Below, piece after piece: positions 17,576-26,374 of a DNA stretch of 28,108 bases (position 1 is the first letter of the stretch; every line of letters begins with the position of its first letter). Origin of the DNA: Savitreella phatthalungensis (lineage: Eukaryota); contig AP039699.1 of assembly GCA_051599415.1 (NCBI GenBank), positions 496,001 through 524,108 on the forward strand, in the 5' to 3' direction. The notes beneath the pieces were generated by a model that was not told the origin of the DNA, searched no databases, and saw nothing but the letters and a program-made list of their open reading frames with translations. Both the position numbers and the translations under genes were made by a program.

Positions 17576-18265
17576 TCGAACCAGAGTCCCGTCACGCGCG
17601 TCACCCGTGCACTGGATCGATCGATTCAGCTGGGAACACATACACACGTCATGTACCGTACGTGATTATCTTGCTAGCTGTGCAGGTTGCTTGTTCTGAA
17701 GCAGCTCTTCTGTACCAGCTAGATTTAGCCACCCAGTTGACTTTTAGACCCGAAGCATATATGCATCCAGTATAGATAACCAACCGCTCGATCGCTTATT
17801 CCGATCGAAAGGATCTTCCGTGGCTATTTCTGACCCCACACACAATTTGAAAGGCGAATAATCCACGGAAAATTGAGCAGTATCACGGGGCGCTGAAATA
17901 TAAGAACTGATATCGCAAGATTTACACGTACGTAGAATTTGCATGCGATCCACTCTACCACAAAACTAAATTGGAAGTCTACTGATCGTTCGATCGATCG
18001 TTAGATCATATAATTCCATACAAGCCCGCGCAAGTGCATGTGGAGCGCGATTACCATCACGTATAGGATGTATTTGTGGTGAGCGTGCAAGGTATATACT
18101 GTTGTCGTTTACAGGTGACAATACGTCGTGCACGAACGACGGGTCAGATCAGGCGGGCGCAGGATCATCAAAACGACTTAGACGGTGACTCGCCTGCCAA
18201 TAGCACGGCTTTGGCAAGCATAAAGCTCTGACACTGCACATAGGAGATACCAAAAAAGCACCGCA

Positions 18266-20917
18266 ATGAGTCGCACGTTGATACGCTACGTGGTACCTTT
18301 GCAACAGAAGGATGAAGGCCACAGGATGGGTGTCAACTCGATTGTCATCGACCCCAACAATGACGGGACCCTCTATTCTGCCGGTCGCGATGGTGTCATC
18401 TGCGCGTGGGATCTCGGAGGTCATCAGCATCGTCTCAAACGCGTGATCCAGGTGAGTACAAACTGGGTTAACCAAATTGCGCTTTCACATGACCGGCAGT
18501 CCGTGTATTCTTGCTCAAACGACACTCTTGTAAAGGTCTGGCGTCCCAATGCATGGCAGAACGAGCAAGCCGAGCAAATCGGCATGCACAGAGATTATGT
18601 CAAGTGCGTTCAAGCGCCTGAATACACGGACGAGTGGATTGCTACTGCTGGCCTTGATAAGGACGTTGTGCTTTGGGACACGACCGGCAAAGGCGAAAGA
18701 CTGCGTATCAACGACAGCTCTGTGACTGGCGGTATGAAGCAGTCTGTCTACAGCTTGGCGACAGCCCCCAATCTCATCGTCAGCGGAGGAATTGAGAAGG
18801 TTGTCCGCGTCTGGGACATAAGATCCGGACAACGCGTGACAAAGTTCATTGGTCACACTGACAATGTTCGCGCCATTCTCGGCTCACAAGATGGCAAGAC
18901 TTTCGTTACTGCCTCGAGCGACTCGACCATCAAGATTTGGGATCTAGCCACTGGCAGATGTGCCCACACACTCACGATGCACACAGATCCGGTATGGTGT
19001 CTCGCTAGCGAGCATCCCAGGCTTGCTGTATTTCATTCCGGTGATCGATCTGGCATTGTCGTGAAGGCCGACCTCCGCTCTGGTCATAACGACGGTGAGT
19101 ATGTAGCCGTATGCCGCGATCGGGCTGGAGTGAACTCGATCGCTCTACACGACGGCAAACTCTTTACAACAACCTCGGCTTCTGATATTTCTCGCTGGCA
19201 AGACCAAAAGTTCACCGAGGACGACCCCTTCGCCGACGATCATGGTGAAGTTGATCTTCCTAGCAGGCTTATTACCCGTCCGATTGCGCCTTCCGATCGA
19301 CGCGTGTCCGCTTATTCCACCACATCGATTGCATCTGTTGAAGACGATGCGCAGACGGATGCTTCGGCTGACTCGCTCAAGCCGCTCTGCACAGAGCCCG
19401 AGGCAGTCATCCGGGGTCTCGCGGGTCTGACTGCGCATGTCATGCTTCCTGACCGCTCACAGGTCCTCACTAGTGACACGCATGGTCATGTGAAACTCTG
19501 GGATATCATCCGCTGCATTTCAACACGCGATTTCGGGAAAGCTGACCTAGACGACACCTCCGCTGTCCTGCAGACCGCTTTAGCAATTGGTGGATGGTGT
19601 AGCGTTAACACTCGCGTCGGTGCTCTGACAGTAGAATTGGATCCTCGCAATGTCCTCGACGGAGAGACCTACTTCGATCAAGTGATGGCAAATCAAGGGC
19701 TTGACGTTGACACTGCAAATCAGAGGTTCAACATTGGCAAATGGATTCTCTACGGCCTCTTCAAGCGACTGGTGAATCATGAGCGCGAACTCGATATGGT
19801 AGCGCTGCAGAAGCGCAAAGACCGGAGACCAGGAAAGCTGGATCTGTCTCAAGTCGGACACAACAACGCGCCTGATGCACTGCAGACGCCTCGCGCAGGT
19901 GTATCGGCTTTTGCTAGCAAGAATCCTTACAGTACACCCGGAGCCGCCATTGGGCTGGCGACACCGATGCCGACGTACAATCCAAAGACGCCGACAAGTG
20001 CGACACGTTTGTCTGGAGGGCCGGACTATTTTAGCGGGCAACACACGCCCGGAAGTAGCGACACGGCTGCAGCAGAGGCCAACTCCGCCCCGGCAGTGAC
20101 TCCAGGTGGTTCCGCAGGTTTTATGAAGAACATGAAGTGGCTGCGGGGCGGCACAAAGAAGGGAGAGGCAAAACCGAACAAAGGTGGCGCGCCCAGCTCT
20201 GCTGCCTCTGACACAGCTCCTGTAGCCTCGCAATCAAACATCACGACCTCTGCAGGCTCATTCACAAATGGTCTTGCCGGAAGCCCTACAGTCAAGACCT
20301 GGGCGGAGCTCGTGCAGAGACGTCGGAAGGATTGGCTCGAGAACGACGACGAGGGGAAATCGGGCTCGTGGATCGCTCCACAGGATTTGATGCCAAGTTT
20401 GGATTTGCCAGCTAGTATTATGATTTCCCTGGCAGATTTCCACCCAGGCCAAGGCGAAGCACAGGACATCTACCGCGGCGCCATCGGCAACTTGGTCACA
20501 GACTATGACGCAGTGACGCAAAAGCTGCCGGCGTGGCTCGCGCAGATCCTGCTGCTCAATGAACCACCGCCGCAGATGCTCAACACGGAGCAGAACAAGC
20601 ATTACTTCTCATTTGCGCCTCACGCGGATACGTCCCTCCCAGACCCATTCAACGGCTCCGCAGGAATCATGCGTTTGGGTGCTGCGCGATCCTTACGGAT
20701 CCGTAAGGCACTGTCGTACATATCACAACGCCTGGACGACGATCTTGTACAGCGCGAGCGAGCTGGACAGGACGCGCTCGACGAGACGTGGCTCGAGATC
20801 ATCTGCGGAGGACGGCCCGTCGATCCCGACTGGACTCTGCTCATGACGCGAAGGCATTTGTGGAAGCAAGGAGGAGATATGCGGCTCGAATATAGATTGA
20901 AGCGAGAGGCTCGCTAA
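18266..20917 (+). CDS. WDR48/UAF1 (Bun107/Duf1-like) WD40 deubiquitinase activator
   Basis: N-terminal GHRMGVNS...LYSAGRDGVICAWD, multiple WD repeats (HRDYVKC, GHTDNVRAIL, MHTDPVWCL), a FNIGKWIL motif, and a C-terminal SUMO-like domain (RLGAARSLRIRKALSYI...LEIIC...HLWKQGGDMRLEYR). Confidence 0.92.
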   Translation: MSRTLIRYVVPLQQKDEGHRMGVNSIVIDPNNDGTLYSAGRDGVICAWDLGGHQHRLKRVIQVSTNWVNQIALSHDRQSVYSCSNDTLVKVWRPNAWQNEQAEQIGMHRDYVKCVQAPEYTDEWIATAGLDKDVVLWDTTGKGERLRINDSSVTGGMKQSVYSLATAPNLIVSGGIEKVVRVWDIRSGQRVTKFIGHTDNVRAILGSQDGKTFVTASSDSTIKIWDLATGRCAHTLTMHTDPVWCLASEHPRLAVFHSGDRSGIVVKADLRSGHNDGEYVAVCRDRAGVNSIALHDGKLFTTTSASDISRWQDQKFTEDDPFADDHGEVDLPSRLITRPIAPSDRRVSAYSTTSIASVEDDAQTDASADSLKPLCTEPEAVIRGLAGLTAHVMLPDRSQVLTSDTHGHVKLWDIIRCISTRDFGKADLDDTSAVLQTALAIGGWCSVNTRVGALTVELDPRNVLDGETYFDQVMANQGLDVDTANQRFNIGKWILYGLFKRLVNHERELDMVALQKRKDRRPGKLDLSQVGHNNAPDALQTPRAGVSAFASKNPYSTPGAAIGLATPMPTYNPKTPTSATRLSGGPDYFSGQHTPGSSDTAAAEANSAPAVTPGGSAGFMKNMKWLRGGTKKGEAKPNKGGAPSSAASDTAPVASQSNITTSAGSFTNGLAGSPTVKTWAELVQRRRKDWLENDDEGKSGSWIAPQDLMPSLDLPASIMISLADFHPGQGEAQDIYRGAIGNLVTDYDAVTQKLPAWLAQILLLNEPPPQMLNTEQNKHYFSFAPHADTSLPDPFNGSAGIMRLGAARSLRIRKALSYISQRLDDDLVQRERAGQDALDETWLEIICGGRPVDPDWTLLMTRRHLWKQGGDMRLEYRLKREAR

Positions 20918-22341
20918 AGGACACAGAGCAGGCTTAAAAAAAAGAGCAGCATCTCAAAGCGAGGTGCCACACGGGAGGACCAATTCGATGCGGGCAGAGA
21001 ATTTCCGCCGTCGCAAGACGTATCGCCGAGCATGTCAACGCCCATGTAAATATCCGAGATTCGTTGACTTGTAGATGTGTTCGATAGCGTCATCTTGCGC
21101 ACGCGCGGTGCCACATGGTCTTGGATTGCTTGCGCGATGATCGAAGCTTGCGGTTCCGCTCCAGCGTCTCGTTTCGTTAGAGTTGAGTTTGAAAGCGCAT
21201 GATTCAAGCCAAAAAATGCATCGATATCGTCACGAGACATGCGAATGCCGCCGAACGTGGAATATTCGGGTGCGTAAAGCGGCACAGAGAGACGCTTCAG
21301 CAGCGTGTCATTGCGCACGCCACTGTAAAATTGGAGCACATTCTGTGCATCGCTCCTAGGCGTCTGCGACGCGCAGTCGAGACATCCCATACCTATGCAG
21401 TGCGAGCACGGGGCTTTGTCGGATGATGACAGACCTATCCTTGCAGCCTGTCGAGCAGCTTGGTCAAGCATGTCCGCAGCAGCGGTCGATTGCTGAAGCG
21501 AGAAAGTCACTTGCGGCAGTGGGGCTGTAGGCACCAGGAAACCATCTGAGTTGATTTCATAGGCGGTACCCGCAAAAGAAGAGAGCGCTCGGGAAGCCGT
21601 GTAGAGTATCGCGGCTCTGGACCACGCCGTTGCCCAGTCAGTCGTGTTGGAAATTGCAGGATTGATTGGTGTTTTAGTCACTCGCGTGTAAGTAGTCCCT
21701 AGTCTGAGAGAAACAACCTTCGCAGCTTCATTGTCGTACACAGGAGGCTCTCCAAAGGTCACAACGCTGACTGGCCGGTTCAAGCTCGCAGCCAAGACAC
21801 TTGCAACGCCCCCACCAGCACCGTAGCCGACGAAAGTCAGTCCATAATCGGACGATGAAAGCCTGTCAGCAAGAGCAGCTGAAGCCCGGACCGCCGCGAG
21901 AAGCGTGCTATTACCAATCATCCCATGGATGTTCAACGATTCGGCTGAGACGGCTTGCTCTTTGCCATCTCGAAGAACAGAAGACATAGCATCTGATGAA
22001 GGAAATCCAGCAAATGCGACGATTTGTTCTCGTTTCAAAGAATCCAACACGACGGCGCCGCCTTCGAATGAGGCAGCGATGCTGAGTCCCCCCAGCGATT
22101 TGCATGCTGAAGCCCTTAAACCATTTACGCCTGCTGCAATGTGGGCAAAACGCACGAGCCTGGCGTCTGTACTTCTTAAAGATGGTGTTCCGTTACCGTC
22201 CAATGCCGCTTGCGCCTGCGGAGCAGCGTCACGCCGGACAATCGACGGAGATACTTCGAGAGACGTCGCAGCGAGAACATGGCAACCGATCACCAGCAAG
22301 AGCATCGCGACATTGACAAAGCGGCCAGCGTTGCTTTTCAT
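20914..22341 (-). CDS. Secreted, possibly GPI-anchored lipase class-3-fold protein with degenerate catalytic motif
   Basis: Hydrophobic signal peptide (MLLLVIGCHVLA). Lipase_3-like landmarks QIVAFAG, LTFVGYGAGGGVASVLA, VVTFGEPPV and YTRVT. Cys cluster CSHCIGMGCLDC and hydrophobic C-terminus (MLLFFLSLLCVL). Confidence 0.7.
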   Translation of the reverse strand: MKSNAGRFVNVAMLLLVIGCHVLAATSLEVSPSIVRRDAAPQAQAALDGNGTPSLRSTDARLVRFAHIAAGVNGLRASACKSLGGLSIAASFEGGAVVLDSLKREQIVAFAGFPSSDAMSSVLRDGKEQAVSAESLNIHGMIGNSTLLAAVRASAALADRLSSSDYGLTFVGYGAGGGVASVLAASLNRPVSVVTFGEPPVYDNEAAKVVSLRLGTTYTRVTKTPINPAISNTTDWATAWSRAAILYTASRALSSFAGTAYEINSDGFLVPTAPLPQVTFSLQQSTAAADMLDQAARQAARIGLSSSDKAPCSHCIGMGCLDCASQTPRSDAQNVLQFYSGVRNDTLLKRLSVPLYAPEYSTFGGIRMSRDDIDAFFGLNHALSNSTLTKRDAGAEPQASIIAQAIQDHVAPRVRKMTLSNTSTSQRISDIYMGVDMLGDTSCDGGNSLPASNWSSRVAPRFEMLLFFLSLLCVL

Positions 22342-22347
22342 ACAGAA

Positions 22348-23052
22348 CTAGACGCTCATGCCTTCGATCTGCAGCGTCAGACGTAGATCTCGAGAGTTAC
22401 TACCCACAACGGCGAACCGAGCGCGGTTGAGACGAATGACAGCCAACTCTTCTTCTGCATAACATGGCGCCAACAGCCGGTATGAGCACCTCTCGAGGGG
22501 CTGTGCAATAGCAGAGAGGCAGGCTGAAACGAGCAGGGATCCCTGCACGACCAGATCTGCGTAACCCTCTACTTCGACAGCATATTTTCTTTCTGTGTGT
22601 ATCTTGTGCTGGTTGCTGGTGATGCGAGAATAATCAAGAATATCCTGCGACGAAAATATGACCGTGCGCAATGTCTCGCCCTTATGAATGGGACGGGGCA
22701 CTGTCGACCGTTTCTCCTGGAGGTAGATCAAATTACGTTCTTCCACTACGCACAGACGACCTTCTTGGTGAAGCGATCGTTTGACACGTGCGAACTCCCC
22801 ATCAAGCGTGTAAGTTTCCTGACAAGACACCTCGAGACCATCATCAAGCGTTCTGTGCCACTGGAGGGAGCCCGAGTGCCATAGCCGATGTCGCCACAAT
22901 TCTTCTGCAGGCGCTTGGAGCCCGTGATATCCGTCCTTCTGCAGAGGGACGTTGGTATGATTGCATACGAGAAATTCGTGCGATGCCCGGGTTTGAAGTA
23001 TTCGCGCGAGCACCTCTAGCCTAGAGACTTGCGGTGTCTCACGCGGCGGAAG
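22348..23052 (-). CDS. HTD2: HTD2-like mitochondrial hydroxyacyl-thioester dehydratase (double hot-dog/MaoC); no in-frame ATG start
   Basis: Motifs LQKDGY...RHRLWHSGSL, VEERNLIY, hydratase motif YSRITSNQHKIH and YAVEVEGYADLVVQG. The frame is open from the codon immediately after the COQ8 TGA; the only Met is the third-last residue. Confidence 0.8.
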   Translation of the reverse strand, partial: LPPRETPQVSRLEVLARILQTRASHEFLVCNHTNVPLQKDGYHGLQAPAEELWRHRLWHSGSLQWHRTLDDGLEVSCQETYTLDGEFARVKRSLHQEGRLCVVEERNLIYLQEKRSTVPRPIHKGETLRTVIFSSQDILDYSRITSNQHKIHTERKYAVEVEGYADLVVQGSLLVSACLSAIAQPLERCSYRLLAPCYAEEELAVIRLNRARFAVVGSNSRDLRLTLQIEGMSV

Positions 23053-24876
23053 TCACACATAACCGGCACGTGCCATGACGTCCTCGAAAATGCGTCTGCA
23101 CTCAATCCGACTGCGAAGCTTTGCACATAGTAGAAAGTGGCCGCTCAATCGACGATGCAAGCTGTAAGTCTCTTCCGGCGGAGGAGCAAGCCTTTGACGG
23201 AGCATCGTTGGGATGTACTTTTTCACGCGCTCGGTCACAGTCTGGCCCTCGAAATCGTAGACAGCATCTCGTGAGAGCTGGAACGAAAAGGGTTCTGCAA
23301 GAGTGAGAATTGAGGACAAGTGCGCCTCAATCATTTCCTCTGATTCGCCACCGGTGAGATATCCCAGCTCTTGGCTGAGTTGAACTAGCGTCGCACGATC
23401 GCCTCGCGCTGCGGCAACCAGCAAACGACAATACCGGTCAATGAAGTCGCGGTCGAACGCGCGTGACGCTCCAAAGTCAAGCAGCTCGATTCGGCCGGTC
23501 TTCTGATTGTAGAGGAAGTTCGTCCAGTTCGGATCAGTCTGCATGAAGTTGAACTCGGCAAGCTCACGCAGGCAGAGAGTCATCAACGCCGAACCAAGAT
23601 GATCACGCGTCTTTTGCGGTAGATCAAGCACCTTCGCTATGCCTTTGCCGTGAAGGAACTCAGTGGTCAAGACCTGCTTACCAGACAATTCGTCGATCAC
23701 CTCCGGCACGAGAAAATCAGTCTGATCCGTGCCAACAAGCTCGCGAAAGCGTCGCGTATTCTCAGCCTCGCGCTCGTAGTCACATTCCCAAGCGAGCTCA
23801 GTCCGAGCGTTTGCGATTGTCTTATCGAGGAACAGGCCTCTTGGAAGCAGCTTCGTGGCTTTCAGTAAGATGCCAAGGTTTTTAAGGTCCGAAGAAATCG
23901 ATTCTGCCACTCCGGGATATTGCACCTTGACGGCAACTTCACGCTTGTCGTGCAGACAAGCCTTGTGTACCTGTCCAATAGATGCAGCAGCAATAGGAAT
24001 CTCATCGAACGTGGCAAACTTGTCTCGCCAGGCTGCACCAAATTCGCGTGACATGACGGCGTCTAATTGCCAACCAGGCATGTAGTCGGCAGAATCCTGC
24101 ACACGTCGCATCACCTCTTTCACTGGCTCGGGCAGGCTGTCTTCCTGGAAAGAAATCATTTGGCCAAGCTTGAGGGCGGCTCCCCGCATGCGCGAAAGCT
24201 TTCGAACGAGGAGATCGACGTTGCGTGGTGACAGCACGCTAGAACCATTGCCGCCGAGCAGCCGATCGCTCAAAGAATTGAATGCCAGGGATGATCCGAG
24301 TGTCGTGTAGTGGTACAAGCGTGACAATCGTGAGGATGGCACTGTTGAGGCAGATAACGTGGATGTTAGCTCAAAAGCTGACTGCGGGATTTCGGCCGTC
24401 GGTTCTGCTGATGCATCGGGCTGGTCTGGCACGGAGACTCGGGACGGTTGATTCATTGGCCCGGGTTGTTGGTTAGATCGTAGCTCATCATGAGAAGAAC
24501 TCTCACCTGATCCATGTTGAACGAAGCCGCTCTGACGAAGGGATGAATCCCGCGCTCTTCGCAGAACAAAGACATCGTCGTTGCGCTGATCTGTCTGAAG
24601 GGGTTGCCGCTGTGGCCGCACCACTTCCTCTCTTGAACTCTTGACTATATCTTTTCGCTTCCTAAGTGCATTTGATGCAGCCTGTTCTTTCCTCAACACG
24701 TAAAGGTCATCTTCGGGCAAGTCTGCCGTGCCTTGACGACTGTGACCGACCGTGCGCCTAATGGACGAGCTTGTCCACCATTGCTCGTTGATACGAGAAC
24801 GTAGCAAAGCATTTTTCTTAAGGACGTTGGCGACAACACTCGCGATGGCCGCCACATCGGAGGCCTTCTGACTCAT
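23053..24876 (-). CDS. COQ8: Atypical ABC1/UbiB kinase Coq8 (ubiquinone biosynthesis)
   Basis: KLSRMRGAALKLGQMISFQ (KxGQ), AAASIGQVH, VAVKVQYPGV, MQTDPNWTNF, LLDFGA and PPPEETYSLHRRLSG, with a basic, presequence-like N-terminus. Confidence 0.96.
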   Translation of the reverse strand: MSQKASDVAAIASVVANVLKKNALLRSRINEQWWTSSSIRRTVGHSRQGTADLPEDDLYVLRKEQAASNALRKRKDIVKSSREEVVRPQRQPLQTDQRNDDVFVLRRARDSSLRQSGFVQHGSGESSSHDELRSNQQPGPMNQPSRVSVPDQPDASAEPTAEIPQSAFELTSTLSASTVPSSRLSRLYHYTTLGSSLAFNSLSDRLLGGNGSSVLSPRNVDLLVRKLSRMRGAALKLGQMISFQEDSLPEPVKEVMRRVQDSADYMPGWQLDAVMSREFGAAWRDKFATFDEIPIAAASIGQVHKACLHDKREVAVKVQYPGVAESISSDLKNLGILLKATKLLPRGLFLDKTIANARTELAWECDYEREAENTRRFRELVGTDQTDFLVPEVIDELSGKQVLTTEFLHGKGIAKVLDLPQKTRDHLGSALMTLCLRELAEFNFMQTDPNWTNFLYNQKTGRIELLDFGASRAFDRDFIDRYCRLLVAAARGDRATLVQLSQELGYLTGGESEEMIEAHLSSILTLAEPFSFQLSRDAVYDFEGQTVTERVKKYIPTMLRQRLAPPPEETYSLHRRLSGHFLLCAKLRSRIECRRIFEDVMARAGYV

Positions 24877-25064
24877 GAGTCTAGGTCGGGTCGAAGATGA
24901 TATCTGCTTTTTGTACTCGATGAAGTCATCTATCTGATTTGGATGTCAGCGCCGATATCGCTATAGTGATCAATTTCAGGCACGCAGGAACCGTACACAT
25001 CATTAGCTACAGTGCATATTCGAGTGCTTTTACAGCTTGCGCAAGAGTCATCCTGGTACGAAGC

Positions 25065-25907
25065 ATGGACAGGGCAACAAAACGCGTACGTTTTCACAGC
25101 GCCAATGAAGATCCAGCTCGCCTGACGCCATCTCAGGTACAAGCTGGGCGATCAAATATCTTCGGCCAGCTGCAAGACGAAGCGGAGCTCTCAGAAGATG
25201 ATATCGATGGGGACAATGGAGATGGAGCCGAAGACGAAGACGAGAACACGGATCGGGAGCTGAACGATGAGCAGGATATCGAGGCTGAAGATGTCTCCAG
25301 CATAGATGGGATCGAGACAGACCAGCTTGTTACGGGCGTAGATCGTGACGTGTCTGCAGATCGAAACGATGGCGATGACCCTGTGCGCCGAAGAGGACGA
25401 GACTCTGAAGCAGAATCAGCGGCCTTTGGGCTCGCCCTGGATAAGATTCTCGGGCGAGATTTACCGAAGTCGGCGAAGAAAGATCCTGTCCTTGCACGGT
25501 CGCTAGCTTCCCGACAGGTCGATGCCGAGCGAGAAGACGCCAAGCTCGAGCGCAAGGCGCGCGCACAGATGGCGGCCGAGAAAAAGATCAGACTGGATCG
25601 CAACCACGATAACCTTGAGCGGTTTTACAGCTCGAACACGATTGATAGCGATGACGATGCACGGGCACTCGAGCGCGAAAGAAATCTCCGCAAACTCGCG
25701 CAGCGTGGCGTCATCCGGCTATTCAATGCGATCAAGCAGGCGCAGACGGATATGAACAGACAGCATTCCGAGCAGATCTCTGCGGCTCGCCAGCGAAAAC
25801 TTCAGGCTGACGCAGTGCACAGCCAAGCAGAGTCGAAGGATGGAGGAGAGGCTGTTAACGACGCCAACAAGTTGTTGCTCGACATGATCGTTGGTGGCGG
25901 CCGGTAG
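25065..25907 (+). CDS. RRP15: Ribosomal RNA-processing protein Rrp15
   Basis: Acidic N-terminal region, then FGLALDKIL...DPVLARS and the Rrp15 signature ERERNLRKLAQRGVIRLFNAIKQAQ. First ATG at 25065; the ORF track start at 24939 is a TTG. Confidence 0.9.
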   Translation: MDRATKRVRFHSANEDPARLTPSQVQAGRSNIFGQLQDEAELSEDDIDGDNGDGAEDEDENTDRELNDEQDIEAEDVSSIDGIETDQLVTGVDRDVSADRNDGDDPVRRRGRDSEAESAAFGLALDKILGRDLPKSAKKDPVLARSLASRQVDAEREDAKLERKARAQMAAEKKIRLDRNHDNLERFYSSNTIDSDDDARALERERNLRKLAQRGVIRLFNAIKQAQTDMNRQHSEQISAARQRKLQADAVHSQAESKDGGEAVNDANKLLLDMIVGGGR

Positions 25908-26234
25908 AGTCAGCAGATGAATGAATGTACATTGAGCTTTCTGTACGCAGACCAGCGCTAGCAAGGGTCTTGGCATGCGACAATGGCGGAGATCAGGGAT
26001 GGCAAGACATTGCGGCACATCAGGCGCCAGTGTTGTCTACAGTCAAAGGAGTGAGATTGCAGGCAACAGGATGAGGCAAGTGCCATGCAGGTATTGTTCG
26101 TGACAGCGTTTGACAGATGTCATTCCAGGCAGGACAAAACAAGTGAAAATGAAGGCTGAAATATATGAGTTGTAATCAGCACAGCACAGTAGTACGGCAC
26201 AGCAACACAGCAGCATAGCACAGTCGCACAGCAC

Positions 26235-26374
26235 AGCAGCAGCAACATGCCCACCATCACCAGCAGGAGCAGCAGCAGGAGCAGCAGCAACATGCCCACC
26301 ATCACCAGCAGGAGCAGCAGCAGGAGCAGCAGCAACATGCCCACCATCACCAGCAGGAGCAGCAGCAGGAGCAG
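26235..26374. repeat. 45-bp tandem repeat, 3 copies
   Basis: Unit agcagcagcaacatgcccaccatcaccagcaggagcagcagcagg, with the ATG recurring at 26247, 26292 and 26337. Confidence 0.95.

Noticed and set aside
22348..23055. Stop-codon reassignment as the explanation for the in-frame gene chain
   Set aside because: TGA, TAG and TAA all end other conserved genes here at their expected C-termini, and no conserved domain contains an internal stop.
24939..25064. N-terminal extension of RRP15 in the ORF track
   Set aside because: Starts at TTG within the COQ8/RRP15 divergent promoter; the first ATG is at 25065.
871..25755. Numerous 60-217-aa ORFs nested in or antisense to the main genes
   Set aside because: Expected shadow ORFs in GC-rich coding DNA, with no recognisable motifs.
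26235..26374. CRISPR-like repeat array
   Set aside because: Head-to-tail identical units with no unique spacers, no cas genes, and a eukaryotic context.
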